A DNA stretch of 64,000 nucleotides. Source: Rhodospirillaceae bacterium (lineage in GTDB: Bacteria; Pseudomonadota; Alphaproteobacteria; MPNO01; UBA2964). The translations under genes and the position numbers were made by a program. Shown piece by piece: positions 9,586 through 19,895 of this stretch. Each line of letters begins with the position of its first letter. Within the stretch, counting starts at the first letter, position 1. The notes below the pieces were generated by a model. That model made no database searches, was not told where the DNA came from, and saw nothing but the letters and a program-made list of their open reading frames with translations. The DNA lies in contig PAPV01000005.1 in assembly GCA_002709075.1 (NCBI GenBank), positions 13,352-77,351 of the forward strand, in the 5' to 3' direction.

Positions 9586-10476
9586 ATGTAAAAAGTAATC
9601 GTAATAGTGAGTCTCCCCAATTTGGGCAGTGCTGAAGATGGATTTTTCGTTAACGAGGGTTTTTGAGTATTGGCGCCATCTTGTGGTTGTTCTAAATTCA
9701 CGTAATAGCAAGCATTAGAAAGAAGAATTGAGGAATTTGAAACTGTGGATAATACGGTGTTAAAAATCAAATTTAATTTTTTCAATTCTGAGTCCAGATA
9801 AAGCTCAGTTACTCGCTGAAGAAACTGCAGCGGTAATGATTTTGCATTTAGCGCAGAATGTTTTTGTGGACTGCAATGGAATATATCTAAACACCGGGTT
9901 CTGCCTGCAAACTGTAATTGAGAGAGCGGAGGGCTTTCTTCGCAGATGTGGCATTGGTTGGTTGGAAACGGCAACCGAAACAAAAAAATACCATTTTTTT
10001 GTTTTTCTCTGGTATCTCCGAGCCTTCAGTAATAGATGGCCATGGATTAAGTGTGATTGATCTTGGTTTTCATGTTAGGCGAGCTTCTAATATAAAAATT
10101 AGCAATGGCGCTTGGAATGAGGGGGCTTTTACAATATACACGGCTGTAATGCTTGCAGCCCGGGCTTATGGGTTTGCGGATATTTTGAGAAAACATCCTC
10201 CAGACAGTCAGGCTGGAACGATAGTAAAGACTAATAATGCTAGTAATGGTTTACCGGCGTTCTCGCTCTTTGTATTGCTTAAATGGAGGAAGTTGCAAAG
10301 ACGTTTTAAAGTATCGTTATATAGCTGTTTTCCATGACGCAGCAGCTTAACTTTTTCGTTTTTTACGCTCCAAGGCATCGAATAATGAAAGACGTGAAAT
10401 GAATGAACCCAAGCGGCCCGCAACGGAGGTTTTAAAAAAGACAGCATTAAAGTTACAAATGTTTAGGGATCAGTAG
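9586..10476 (+). pseudogene. Decayed NAD(P)-dependent oxidoreductase (3-hydroxyisobutyrate/6-phosphogluconate dehydrogenase-like, DUF1932 C-domain)
   Basis: GGAG RBS + ATG at 9586. Colinear fragments across frames: KVIVIVSLPNLGSA; FSILSPDKAQLLAE; VFVDCNG; HGLSVIDLG..RASNIKISNGAWNEG..TAVMLAA..DSQ; MEEVAKTF; FHDAAA. Broken by several stops and frameshifts. Confidence 0.7.
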
Positions 10477-10482
10477 ACAAGG

Positions 10483-11718
10483 ATGCAGAGAACATTGTTC
10501 GGAGAAATCGGCTCGGTATTATCGCATCGGCAATACCGATTATATTTTTTTTCGAATTTAATTTCTTCTATTGGTAGGTGGATTTATAGGTCATCTGCCG
10601 CGTGGTTCACTTGGGAATTAACCGATTCCTATGAGTGGTTAGGTATAATAGCGTTTGCCGATATTTTCCCAATGGTTATATTGGCAATGATTGCTGGTGC
10701 TTTGTCAGATCGCATTGGGTATATGCGGGTTATCAAATTTACTCAATTTTTTGCTTGGGTGCTCGCACTGATATTAGCGATCCTAATCCTCACAGATCTT
10801 ATAACCATATGGGTGTTACTCGGCATTACAATTCTGCACGGATGTAACGAGGCAATGTCTACCCCTCCGAGACTCTCCATTGTCAATGCGCTTGTGCCCA
10901 AAGAAAAGCTCTCTACAGCCATTGGTTTAAACTCGGCGGCATTTAACGCTTGTAGGGTTTTTGGTCCGGCAATTGGTGGTGGTTTGTTGTTATTCTTCAA
11001 CGCGGGATGGGTTTTTGGTATTGCAGCGCTAACTTTCGTGCAATTTTATGTTGCATTATTTTTTATCCGCACGGAGTCTGGTAATGCTGGTGGTCATGGA
11101 AAACCTTCTTTTAGTATATTAAAGGATATTGGTGAGGGAGTCAGTTATGCATGGAATATGCCCGGCATTCGTTTCTTGTTGGCTCTTCTTGCTCTTCAGG
11201 GTGTGTTGTTGCGTCCTTTTATGGAGCTGGCCCCAGGCTTTGCGGATAAGGTTTTTGGTATGCAATCTGACGGTATGGCAATTATCCTGTCTTCGGTAGG
11301 GTTTGGCGGACTGATTGGTTCACTTTTTATCGCTCGGCGGGGTAAAATAGCTGGGCTAACGATGTTGGTGACCTGGTGTGTCGGGCTCCAGTCAGTTGCA
11401 TTGATGTTGTTTGTTGCAACTAATTACATTTGGCTTGGTACAGTCTTTTTATTTGTTATTGGTGTAACTATGCTTGTGTCTGGCGCAGGGTCTCAAACAT
11501 TAATTCAGAATACCGTCGCTTCATCTGTTCGGGCTAGGGTCATGAGTTTATTTGTAATGCTGTCATGGGGTTTACCGGCAGTAGGTGCGTGGATTGAGGG
11601 TATGTTGGCTGAATTCTATGGCTTGCGATGGACCGTTGGTTTTGGAGCAGCTGTTTGTCTCGTATTAGGTATTTGGTCGATCAGATGGGGGAAAAAATAT
11701 AGAAGTGAATTAGAATAA
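10483..11718 (+). CDS. MFS transporter (MFS_3/DUF894-like)
   Basis: About 12 hydrophobic segments; GALSDRIG motif A; RARVMS in the C-terminal half. Confidence 0.9.
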   Translation: MQRTLFGEIGSVLSHRQYRLYFFSNLISSIGRWIYRSSAAWFTWELTDSYEWLGIIAFADIFPMVILAMIAGALSDRIGYMRVIKFTQFFAWVLALILAILILTDLITIWVLLGITILHGCNEAMSTPPRLSIVNALVPKEKLSTAIGLNSAAFNACRVFGPAIGGGLLLFFNAGWVFGIAALTFVQFYVALFFIRTESGNAGGHGKPSFSILKDIGEGVSYAWNMPGIRFLLALLALQGVLLRPFMELAPGFADKVFGMQSDGMAIILSSVGFGGLIGSLFIARRGKIAGLTMLVTWCVGLQSVALMLFVATNYIWLGTVFLFVIGVTMLVSGAGSQTLIQNTVASSVRARVMSLFVMLSWGLPAVGAWIEGMLAEFYGLRWTVGFGAAVCLVLGIWSIRWGKKYRSELE

Positions 11719-11838
11719 TTTTTTGGAGCTGCCTATTATCTTCGCATTTGTTCTGAAAGTTATGACTAAAATCATATCATTTGCTAATATCAAAATTTAA
11801 AGTTTCTAGATACGCTAAAATAGATAAGGAGATAACAG

Positions 11839-13314
11839 ATGCCTCGTGATCTTGGTTTTCCGTTGACTGATGAAAATTTACTGCGCGAAAAATGTTTTAT
11901 TAACGGCGAATGGGTAAACTCAGAAACCGGCGATGTTATCGAAGTTACTAATAAGGCGAGTGGTGAAATTATTGGTGTTGTTCCCAAAATGGGAAAGGCA
12001 GAAACTCGTCGAGCCATTGAGGCTGCAAATGATGCACTTTCAAGTTGGCGGGAAAAAACAGCCAAAGAACGGGCAATAATTTTACGTAGATGGCATGAGT
12101 TAATGATAGAGAACCAAGATGATTTGGCACTTCTCATGACTGCGGAACAGGGTAAACCTCTGGCAGAGTCAAAAGGTGAAATTTTATATGCTGCATCTTT
12201 TCTTGAGTGGTTCGCAGAGGAAGGAAAACGTGTGTACGGTGATGTGATTCCGACTTTTGCACCAGACAAGCGAGTGATAGTTACGAAAGAACCAATTGGT
12301 GTAGTCGCCGCTATAACTCCCTGGAATTTTCCTCATGCAATGATTACTAGAAAATCTGGGCCAGCAATTGCTGCTGGCTGCACAATGATTCTGAAACCTG
12401 CTTCCGCTACACCATTTTCCGCGTTGGCTCAGGCAGCGCTCGCAGACCGAGCGGGCATGCCTCCAGGAGTGTTTAACGTTGTAACAGGTGCTGCGGGGGA
12501 TATTGGTACCGAAATGACCTCGAATTCAACTGTTCGCAAATTGACCTTTACTGGTTCAACTGAAATTGGCAAGACTCTGATGAAACAATGTGCTGGGACT
12601 GTAAAAAAAGTTTCTATGGAGTTGGGGGGAAACGCCCCTTTTATTGTGTTTGATGATGCTGATTTGGACTCTGCGGTGAAGGGGGCGATGGCATCCAAGT
12701 TTCGCAATACGGGACAGACCTGTGTTTGTGCTAATCGATTGTACGTTCAAGAGACTGTCTATAAAGAGTTTACACAAAAGTTGGTTACTGCAGTTGAAGA
12801 ATTGGTGATTGGTAACGGGCTCACTGGGGAAACACATCAAGGTCCACTGATTGACTTAGCTGCAGTCGAAAAAGTAGAGGAACATATTGAAGATGCTTTA
12901 TTAAAAGGTGGTTTGGTGCAGACTGGCGGTAATCGGCATAAGCTTGGGGGCACATTTTTTGAGCCCACTGTTTTAACTGGTGTCACTTCAGAAATGAAAG
13001 TAGCAAGGGAAGAAACTTTTGGTCCTGTAGCTCCACTTTTTTCATTCGGGAGAGAAGAAGAGGTGATTGCTTTGGCAAATGACACCGAATTTGGGCTCGC
13101 ATCATATTTCTATAGTCGTGATATTGGTCGTATCTGGCGAGTTATGGAAAATTTGGAATATGGTATTATTGGTATCAACGAAGGGATAATTTCCACTGAA
13201 GTTGCACCCTTCGGCGGTGTAAAAGAGTCCGGAATTGGTCGAGAAGGATCCAAATACGGAATCGATGATTTTCTTGAAGTTAAGTACGCACTGCTGGGTG
13301 GCATTGATGCTTAA
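11839..13314 (+). CDS. gabD: NAD(P)+-dependent succinate-semialdehyde dehydrogenase
   Basis: ITPWNFP, FTGSTEIG, MELGGNAP, GQTCVC, EETFGP, GREGSKYGI. Confidence 0.92.
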   Translation: MPRDLGFPLTDENLLREKCFINGEWVNSETGDVIEVTNKASGEIIGVVPKMGKAETRRAIEAANDALSSWREKTAKERAIILRRWHELMIENQDDLALLMTAEQGKPLAESKGEILYAASFLEWFAEEGKRVYGDVIPTFAPDKRVIVTKEPIGVVAAITPWNFPHAMITRKSGPAIAAGCTMILKPASATPFSALAQAALADRAGMPPGVFNVVTGAAGDIGTEMTSNSTVRKLTFTGSTEIGKTLMKQCAGTVKKVSMELGGNAPFIVFDDADLDSAVKGAMASKFRNTGQTCVCANRLYVQETVYKEFTQKLVTAVEELVIGNGLTGETHQGPLIDLAAVEKVEEHIEDALLKGGLVQTGGNRHKLGGTFFEPTVLTGVTSEMKVAREETFGPVAPLFSFGREEEVIALANDTEFGLASYFYSRDIGRIWRVMENLEYGIIGINEGIISTEVAPFGGVKESGIGREGSKYGIDDFLEVKYALLGGIDA

Positions 13315-13376
13315 TTTAAGGATTTTTTTGGATACATAATGGTTTTATCCGGTTTGTGGCTGCGCGGAGTAATTAA

Positions 13377-14717
13377 ATGGGCAAGTATGATTTCGATCTT
13401 TTCACTATTGGTGCAGGTTCAGGAGGCGTGAGAGCATCTCGCATGAGCGCTAGTTATGGAGCTCGTGTCGGTGTTGCAGAAGAACGCTATCTTGGAGGTA
13501 CTTGTGTTAATGTCGGGTGCATTCCCAAAAAACTATTTAGCTACGGTGCTCATTACACACATGAATTTGAGGACGCAGCCGCTTACGGCTGGAGAATGCA
13601 GAGGGCCTCTTTGGACTGGCCAACAGTAATGGAAAATAAGAATAAAGAAATTAAACGGTTGAATGAAGTTTATTGGAATATTCTTAAAAAGAATAATGTA
13701 AAGATTTATGAAGATAAGGCTGTTTTATTGGATGCACATACTTTAAAGATTGGTGGTCAAACGGTAACGGCAGATAAGATATTAATTGCCACTGGTGGTC
13801 ACCCAATTAAACCAAAATTTCAAGGTGCTGAGTATGCGATTTCTTCAGATGAAGCATTTTATCTACAGGAGATACCAAAAAGAACGTTAGTTGCAGGTGG
13901 TGGGTATATAGCGGTTGAGTTTGCAAGCATATTCAAGGGATATGGTTCAGATGTAACCCAGTTATACAGAGGAGACCTATTTCTTAGAGGATTTGATGAT
14001 GACGTTCGTGCTCATTTGGCTAAAGAGTTCAAAAAAAACGGAATAAAGTTATGTTTTAATGCTGACGTTGTTTCAATAAAAAAAATTCAGGATGAATTGC
14101 TGGTAGAAATGTCAGATGGCAGAATAATTAAATCGGATACCGTATTTTTTGCGATTGGACGTAGGCCAAACACAAAGAATATCGGGCTCGAGGCTGTTGG
14201 AGTTAAAATGAAGCCAGATGGTTCAATTTGTGTAAATGAATATTTTGAGACAAGCAAAAGCAATATTTACGCATTAGGCGATATAATTGACCGCTATCAG
14301 CTGACGCCAGTAGCCATTTCGGAAGCAATGATTTTATCAAATAATCTTTTTAACGGAACCAATAAAAAAATGAATTATGACGATATTGCTACTGCGGTTT
14401 TTTCAGAACCTAACATTGCGACAGTTGGACTCACAGAAGCCCAAGCGCGAAAAACGTATAGTAGTGTAAAAATTTACCGTTCCGAGTTTCGTCCCTTAAA
14501 ACATACGGTTACTGGAAGAGATCAGCAATGTTTAATGAAACTCATTGTTGATGAGGAAACTGATCGTGTTGCTGGAATTCATATGGTAGGAGCAGAAGCT
14601 GGAGAAATAATCCAAGGTTTTGCTGTGGCGTTGAAGGCAGGTGCCACGAAGTCCCATTTTGACTCAACAATTGGGATCCATCCCACCTCCGCGGAAGAAT
14701 TTGTGACGATGAATTAG
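13377..14717 (+). CDS. gor: Glutathione-disulfide reductase
   Basis: GAGSGG, GGTCVNVGCIPKK redox centre, GGGYIAVEFA, IGIHPTSAEEFVTM. Confidence 0.95.
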   Translation: MGKYDFDLFTIGAGSGGVRASRMSASYGARVGVAEERYLGGTCVNVGCIPKKLFSYGAHYTHEFEDAAAYGWRMQRASLDWPTVMENKNKEIKRLNEVYWNILKKNNVKIYEDKAVLLDAHTLKIGGQTVTADKILIATGGHPIKPKFQGAEYAISSDEAFYLQEIPKRTLVAGGGYIAVEFASIFKGYGSDVTQLYRGDLFLRGFDDDVRAHLAKEFKKNGIKLCFNADVVSIKKIQDELLVEMSDGRIIKSDTVFFAIGRRPNTKNIGLEAVGVKMKPDGSICVNEYFETSKSNIYALGDIIDRYQLTPVAISEAMILSNNLFNGTNKKMNYDDIATAVFSEPNIATVGLTEAQARKTYSSVKIYRSEFRPLKHTVTGRDQQCLMKLIVDEETDRVAGIHMVGAEAGEIIQGFAVALKAGATKSHFDSTIGIHPTSAEEFVTMN

Positions 14718-14843
14718 CCTGCATCGTTAAAAAAATCTAAAGTATATTTTTGAGAATTAGTGCTCTACAACATGTCTAAAAAACCGTGCAGTTCCAGAAA
14801 TTTTTAATCAATTTTGTTGCGGTGATGGTATTAAATATGGGGA

Positions 14844-15503
14844 CTAAAGAATTTCACATATTTCACTAAAGTTGAAACGCGGAAGCTTCTCAAAAAGAGT
14901 TTGCGAGTTACCATACCCAACATTACATAAAAAATTTGATTTTATATCAGTATTTGCAAAAAATTCCTCGTCAACCTTTTGATTATTGAATCCTGACATA
15001 GGACCAGTATCTAAGCCAACCGCGCGAGCAGCCAAAATAAAATACGCGCCCTGAAGAGAACTGTTTCTGAACGCTGCGGTCTTGGCGGCCGCAGTGTTAT
15101 TGCGAAAGTTGGCCGACATATCTTTATGGGGAAACATTCTTGGGAGGTGCACCCAAAATGAGAGATCATAGCCAATAATTGCTGTAACAGGAGCGGAATT
15201 AATTTTAGCAACATTACCTTCGCCTACACAGGGTATCAATCGTTGCTTTGCTTCGGCTGTTGTACAAAAAATAAATCGTGATGGTTGGCAGTTAGTGCTG
15301 GTGGGGCCACTTATGGCTAGTTCAAATATAAGTTTCAATTTATCGTCACTTACCGGTTTGTCTAACCAACCATTGTGTGTCCTTGCCTCTAGGAATAATA
15401 GGTTCAGTCCATCATCATCGAGCTCGGTCATTGATTTGCGCAGTTTTTCTAAATCATTCATTTTTTCTTGTTTTTCATCTTGCATTTTATCTAACTCGCT
15501 CAT
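14844..15503 (-). CDS. rutE: Nitroreductase family, malonic semialdehyde reductase (RutE/YcdI-like)
   Basis: LFLEARTHNGW, GPTSTNCQP, RNSSLQGAY, GLDTGPMSGF. Confidence 0.8.
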   Translation of the reverse strand: MSELDKMQDEKQEKMNDLEKLRKSMTELDDDGLNLLFLEARTHNGWLDKPVSDDKLKLIFELAISGPTSTNCQPSRFIFCTTAEAKQRLIPCVGEGNVAKINSAPVTAIIGYDLSFWVHLPRMFPHKDMSANFRNNTAAAKTAAFRNSSLQGAYFILAARAVGLDTGPMSGFNNQKVDEEFFANTDIKSNFLCNVGYGNSQTLFEKLPRFNFSEICEIL

Positions 15504-16374
15504 TAGAAAGTTTTTCTTCTTTAATGGGATTTCTCAATATACCAATATCCTCAATTTCAATTTCACAAATATCGCCGGGTTTCATCCAGAGGGGAGGATT
15601 GCGCGCGTGTCCGACGCCTGATGGAGTTCCCATAACTATCAAATCTCCTGGTTCTAAAGTAAGACATTGGGTTAAAAGATAGACTGTTTCTTCGACATTA
15701 AATAACATCATGTCAGTATTGGCATTCTGAAGAGTGTTACCATTCAGTCGGGTCTGTATTTGCATACCGCTCGCCCCCTCCGGCAATTCATCAGAAGTAA
15801 CAACGATCGGTCCGAATCCTCCCGTACTATCGAAATTTTTACCTATAGTCCATTGAGCAGTTTTGCGCTGATATTCCCGGATACTTGCGTCATTAAAAAT
15901 TGAATATCCCCAGATATAGTTTAATGCATTTTCTCTTTTTACATGTCTTGCATGTTTTCCAACGACAGCAACCAATTCTGCCTCATAATCGAGAGTTTCA
16001 GAGGCCTGCGGACGGATAATTGGTTTTTCGTGTGCTACAAGGCTGGTGTTGCTACGCATGAAAAAAGAGGGATAAGATGGACGCTCATACCCTCCTTCAG
16101 CAGCATGAGCCGCATAATTAAGTCCAAGACAAATTATTTTTCCTGCTTTTCTGGTGGGCGGCAGCCAATCAATAGAATGCAGTGGAATATAAGAGTCCTT
16201 GGGTGCTAACTTAACACAATTTTTTATTTGTTGCAGAAATATTTCTCCACCTGAAATAATTTCCACTAATTCATTCGGAAGTGAGGGATCCGCCATACTT
16301 AAATTAACAACATTTTCACCTTCTAGCACTCCAATTTGCTGACAATCCCCTTTTTGAAACGACAATAACCTCAT
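15487..16374 (-). CDS. Fumarylacetoacetate hydrolase family protein
   Basis: CLGLNYAAH, LDYEAEL, QWTIGKNFD, GTPSGVG. Confidence 0.92.
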   Translation of the reverse strand: MRLLSFQKGDCQQIGVLEGENVVNLSMADPSLPNELVEIISGGEIFLQQIKNCVKLAPKDSYIPLHSIDWLPPTRKAGKIICLGLNYAAHAAEGGYERPSYPSFFMRSNTSLVAHEKPIIRPQASETLDYEAELVAVVGKHARHVKRENALNYIWGYSIFNDASIREYQRKTAQWTIGKNFDSTGGFGPIVVTSDELPEGASGMQIQTRLNGNTLQNANTDMMLFNVEETVYLLTQCLTLEPGDLIVMGTPSGVGHARNPPLWMKPGDICEIEIEDIGILRNPIKEEKLSNERVR

Positions 16375-16783
16375 TAATTTTCTCCATGTATTTGAGCGTT
16401 GAAAATTAAAAACTCTGAAAATCGAGGTTTCAACTGCAGTCTTGATATTTTTTGATCAAGCAGTACGATAAGACAATTATCTTTGAAAAACAAATCCACT
16501 AGCTGAATGTGAGCAAAGCCGGTTATAGTATTATCAGAAATTTAATATTTGAACGCGGAAAAAAATTATTCCGGTATGGGTTAGATGCATATACTGTTTA
16601 AATCAGCAACATGACAATTATTGGTAAACGTTTAGATAATAAAGTCTTTTTAAAATTTTTGTAGTGGTCGAGTAATTATTAATGTAATCAAGCTGGAAAA
16701 TCATTCAAAAAAGCGTACTTTTTAAAACAAATTGAAGCTTAATAAAAAAATAGACTAAAGCGGTAATATACGGATATAAGATT

Positions 16784-18172
16784 ATGACGATAAATTGGAC
16801 CCCTGATAGCTGGCGAAGCAAAAACATTCGTCAAGTTCCTGTTTATTCTGATCAGGATGCGCTTGCCGCCGCAGAGGAACAGTTGCGAACTTCTCCACCG
16901 TTGGTTTTTGCTGGTGAAGCACGACGGTTACGCGAAGCTCTTGCGGATGTTTCTGCTGGCCGAGCATTTTTATTGCAGGGGGGTGATTGCGCAGAGAGCT
17001 TCGCAGAATTTCACCCGGATAATATACGTGATACATTTCGCCTCCTACTTCAAATGGCAGTTGTTTTGACATTTGCGGCATCGCGGCCTGTGGTAAAAGT
17101 TGGACGTCTTGCGGGGCAATTTGCCAAGCCACGGTCGGAAGCTACTGAAACAAAGAATGGTGTGGAATTACCCAGCTATCGGGGTGATTCTGTAAACTCA
17201 ATCGAATTCAGTCGCCTTGCTAGAGATCCGAACCCCGAACGTATGGTCAGGGGATACAATCAATCCGCAGCCACTCTGAACCTTTTACGAGCACTATCTC
17301 AAGGAGGTTATGCGGATTTGAAGCAAATTCATAGATGGACACTCGGATTTTTGGATAATAGTCCAGCAGGAGATCGTTATGGTGATTTGGCCTCCAGAAT
17401 TGGAGAGGCACTAGCATTCATGGAAGCTTGTGGTTTAACCTCAAAAACTACTCCGCAATTAAGAGAAACCGAATTTTACACCTCGCACGAGGCACTTTTG
17501 CCAAATTATGAAGAAGCCATGACCCGAATTGATAGTACTACCGGAAACTGGTACGATACTTCTGCTCATTTGCTTTGGATTGGTGATCGAACGCGTGACC
17601 CTGATGAAGCACATATTGAGTTCCTAAGAGGAGTAGCCAATCCACTTGGTTGCAAAGCTGGTCCGACACAGGACGGGGATGGGCTTTTAAGAGTGATAGA
17701 TACACTTAACCCTGAAAATATACCTGGAAAAATTACGGTTATTACGCGTATGGGGAATGATAAAGTTGAAGACAAATTGCCGGCCTTAATACGTTCAATT
17801 GAACGTGAGGGCCGTCAGGTCGTTTGGTCATGTGACCCCATGCATGGAAACACAATAAAGTCAGCCAATGGCTTTAAGACTCGGCCGTTTGATCGCGTTC
17901 GTGATGAAGTTGAACGCTGTTTTGATGTTCATCGTGCCGAGGGAACATATTTAGGTGGCATTCATTTGGAACTTACGGGGCAGAACGTGACAGAATGTGT
18001 GGGTGGTGCACAGGCAATTACCGAAGCCTCACTGGCTGACCGTTATCATACACATTGTGACCCGCGCTTGAATGCTGATCAATCTCTAGAGCTCGCTTTT
18101 TTGATTGCAGAGACCTTGAAACGAGAACGAGATGATCGAGATGTTGGATCGTCGCAGGTGGCTACTGGTTAA
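16784..18172 (+). CDS. Class II 3-deoxy-7-phosphoheptulonate (DAHP) synthase
   Basis: [41 protein letters not shown]. Confidence 0.95.
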   Translation: MTINWTPDSWRSKNIRQVPVYSDQDALAAAEEQLRTSPPLVFAGEARRLREALADVSAGRAFLLQGGDCAESFAEFHPDNIRDTFRLLLQMAVVLTFAASRPVVKVGRLAGQFAKPRSEATETKNGVELPSYRGDSVNSIEFSRLARDPNPERMVRGYNQSAATLNLLRALSQGGYADLKQIHRWTLGFLDNSPAGDRYGDLASRIGEALAFMEACGLTSKTTPQLRETEFYTSHEALLPNYEEAMTRIDSTTGNWYDTSAHLLWIGDRTRDPDEAHIEFLRGVANPLGCKAGPTQDGDGLLRVIDTLNPENIPGKITVITRMGNDKVEDKLPALIRSIEREGRQVVWSCDPMHGNTIKSANGFKTRPFDRVRDEVERCFDVHRAEGTYLGGIHLELTGQNVTECVGGAQAITEASLADRYHTHCDPRLNADQSLELAFLIAETLKRERDDRDVGSSQVATG

Positions 18173-18232
18173 TTTGAAAAGCTATATTCCGGACCAATCA
18201 ATACGTTTGGTAGGCGACGAGGTTAAACTATT

Positions 18233-19891
18233 ATGACAAATGAGATTTCTATTGCTCTGGCCCAACTTAATCCAAAAGTTGGTGACCTTGATGGCAATGC
18301 AGAGAAAATTAGAGCCGCGCGTCAGCGAGCTAGCTTAGACAAAGCTGACTTGCTTGTTACCAGTGAACTTATGTTAACTGGATACCCCCCAGAAGATTTA
18401 GTGTTGCGTGCTGCTTTTCAAGAAGCATCAGAAAAAAAAGTTCGTATGCTTGCTAAAGAAACCAGAGACGGGGGGCCTGCTATGCTGATTGGGTCAATTT
18501 GGTGCGAAAAAAATCAATTGTACAACGCAGCGATATTTTTGGATGATGGAGAAATCAAAAGTATTCGCTATAAGCATGACCTGCCAAATTATGGGGTCTT
18601 TGATGAAAAACGAGTATTCAAAGAGGGACCTCTTCCTGGACCAGTAAACATACGTGGCGTAAGAGTTGGGGTAATGATTTGTGAAGACATGTGGGCACCA
18701 GATGTGACAGAGTGTTTGCAGGAGTCTGGAGCAGAATTTTTGGTTGTACTAAATGGCTCGCCTTATTCCATGGAAAAATGGGATCAACGCTTAACGCTTG
18801 CAGCAGCGCGTGTTGGTGAGAGTGGACTGCCCTTAATATATGTAAACCAAGTTGGTGGACAGGATGAACTCGTTTTCGACGGTGGGTCATTCGCAATTGG
18901 TAATGACAGAATTATGAAGGCTAGATGCCCTGATTGGATTGAAGAAGTACAGATTACCAATTGGGACCGTGAACAAAATGGATGGCAGTGTACATTTGGT
19001 AAATGTGCTGTTTCTGAAGGAAAAATTGACAGTATTTATTCTGCGATGATTTTAGGTCTGCGTGACTATGTTGAAAAAAATAAATTTCCTGGGGTTTTAG
19101 TAGGGCTTTCAGGAGGAATTGACTCCGCACTCACAACATCTGTAGCTGTTGATGCGTTAGGTGCAAACAAAGTTAGCTGTGTGATGATGCCTTCGCCATA
19201 CACATCGACCCAAAGTTTAGACGATGCAAAATCCTGTGCAGCTTTGCTTGGGGTTAAATTAGATGAAGTGAATATTGGACCTGCGATGGCAGCATTTGAA
19301 AAAATGACCCACGACGTGTTTTTAGGAGCACCACCGGATACGACCGAGGAAAATATTCAGTCACGCTCTCGAGGCATCACACTGATGGCGTTGTCGAACA
19401 AACTAGGTTCGATGTTAATATCCACAGGAAATAAATCCGAAATGTCAGTTGGATATGCAACGCTCTATGGTGATATGTGTGGCGGTTTTTCAGTTTTGAA
19501 AGATGTATATAAAACTCTTGTATTTGATCTGTGCCGTTGGCGGAATAGGAACAAACCGCACAATTCCCATGGTCCCGAGGGAATGGTAATTCCAGAGTCA
19601 ATAATAACAAAGCCGCCCTCAGCAGAACTCAGGGCTGATCAAAAAGATGAAGATAGTTTGCCTCCATACAGCATTCTTGATGAGGTTTTGACTTGCTTAG
19701 TGGAAAAGGACTTGGGAGTTGAGGATACTATTGCGTGCGGTCATGATCGCGACCTGGTAACAAGTATTTGGCGTATGCTTGTGAAAGCTGAATATAAGCG
19801 GCGTCAGGCACCGCCAGGAGTGAAAATTAGCGAAAGATCTTTTGGAGGCGATCGAAGATATCCAATTACCGACGGGTTTATGGACGGTTAG
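18233..19891 (+). CDS. nadE: Glutamine-dependent NAD+ synthetase
   Basis: Nitrilase domain (LPNYGVFDEKR, ICEDMW) plus synthetase domain (SGGIDS, TGNKSE, PPSAELR). Confidence 0.95.
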   Translation: MTNEISIALAQLNPKVGDLDGNAEKIRAARQRASLDKADLLVTSELMLTGYPPEDLVLRAAFQEASEKKVRMLAKETRDGGPAMLIGSIWCEKNQLYNAAIFLDDGEIKSIRYKHDLPNYGVFDEKRVFKEGPLPGPVNIRGVRVGVMICEDMWAPDVTECLQESGAEFLVVLNGSPYSMEKWDQRLTLAAARVGESGLPLIYVNQVGGQDELVFDGGSFAIGNDRIMKARCPDWIEEVQITNWDREQNGWQCTFGKCAVSEGKIDSIYSAMILGLRDYVEKNKFPGVLVGLSGGIDSALTTSVAVDALGANKVSCVMMPSPYTSTQSLDDAKSCAALLGVKLDEVNIGPAMAAFEKMTHDVFLGAPPDTTEENIQSRSRGITLMALSNKLGSMLISTGNKSEMSVGYATLYGDMCGGFSVLKDVYKTLVFDLCRWRNRNKPHNSHGPEGMVIPESIITKPPSAELRADQKDEDSLPPYSILDEVLTCLVEKDLGVEDTIACGHDRDLVTSIWRMLVKAEYKRRQAPPGVKISERSFGGDRRYPITDGFMDG

Positions 19892-19895
19892 TCCA

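Noticed and set aside
9511-10447. Minus-strand ORFs 9534..9983, 9511..9711 and 10208..10447 as genes
   Set aside because: They are antisense shadows of the + strand oxidoreductase pseudogene.
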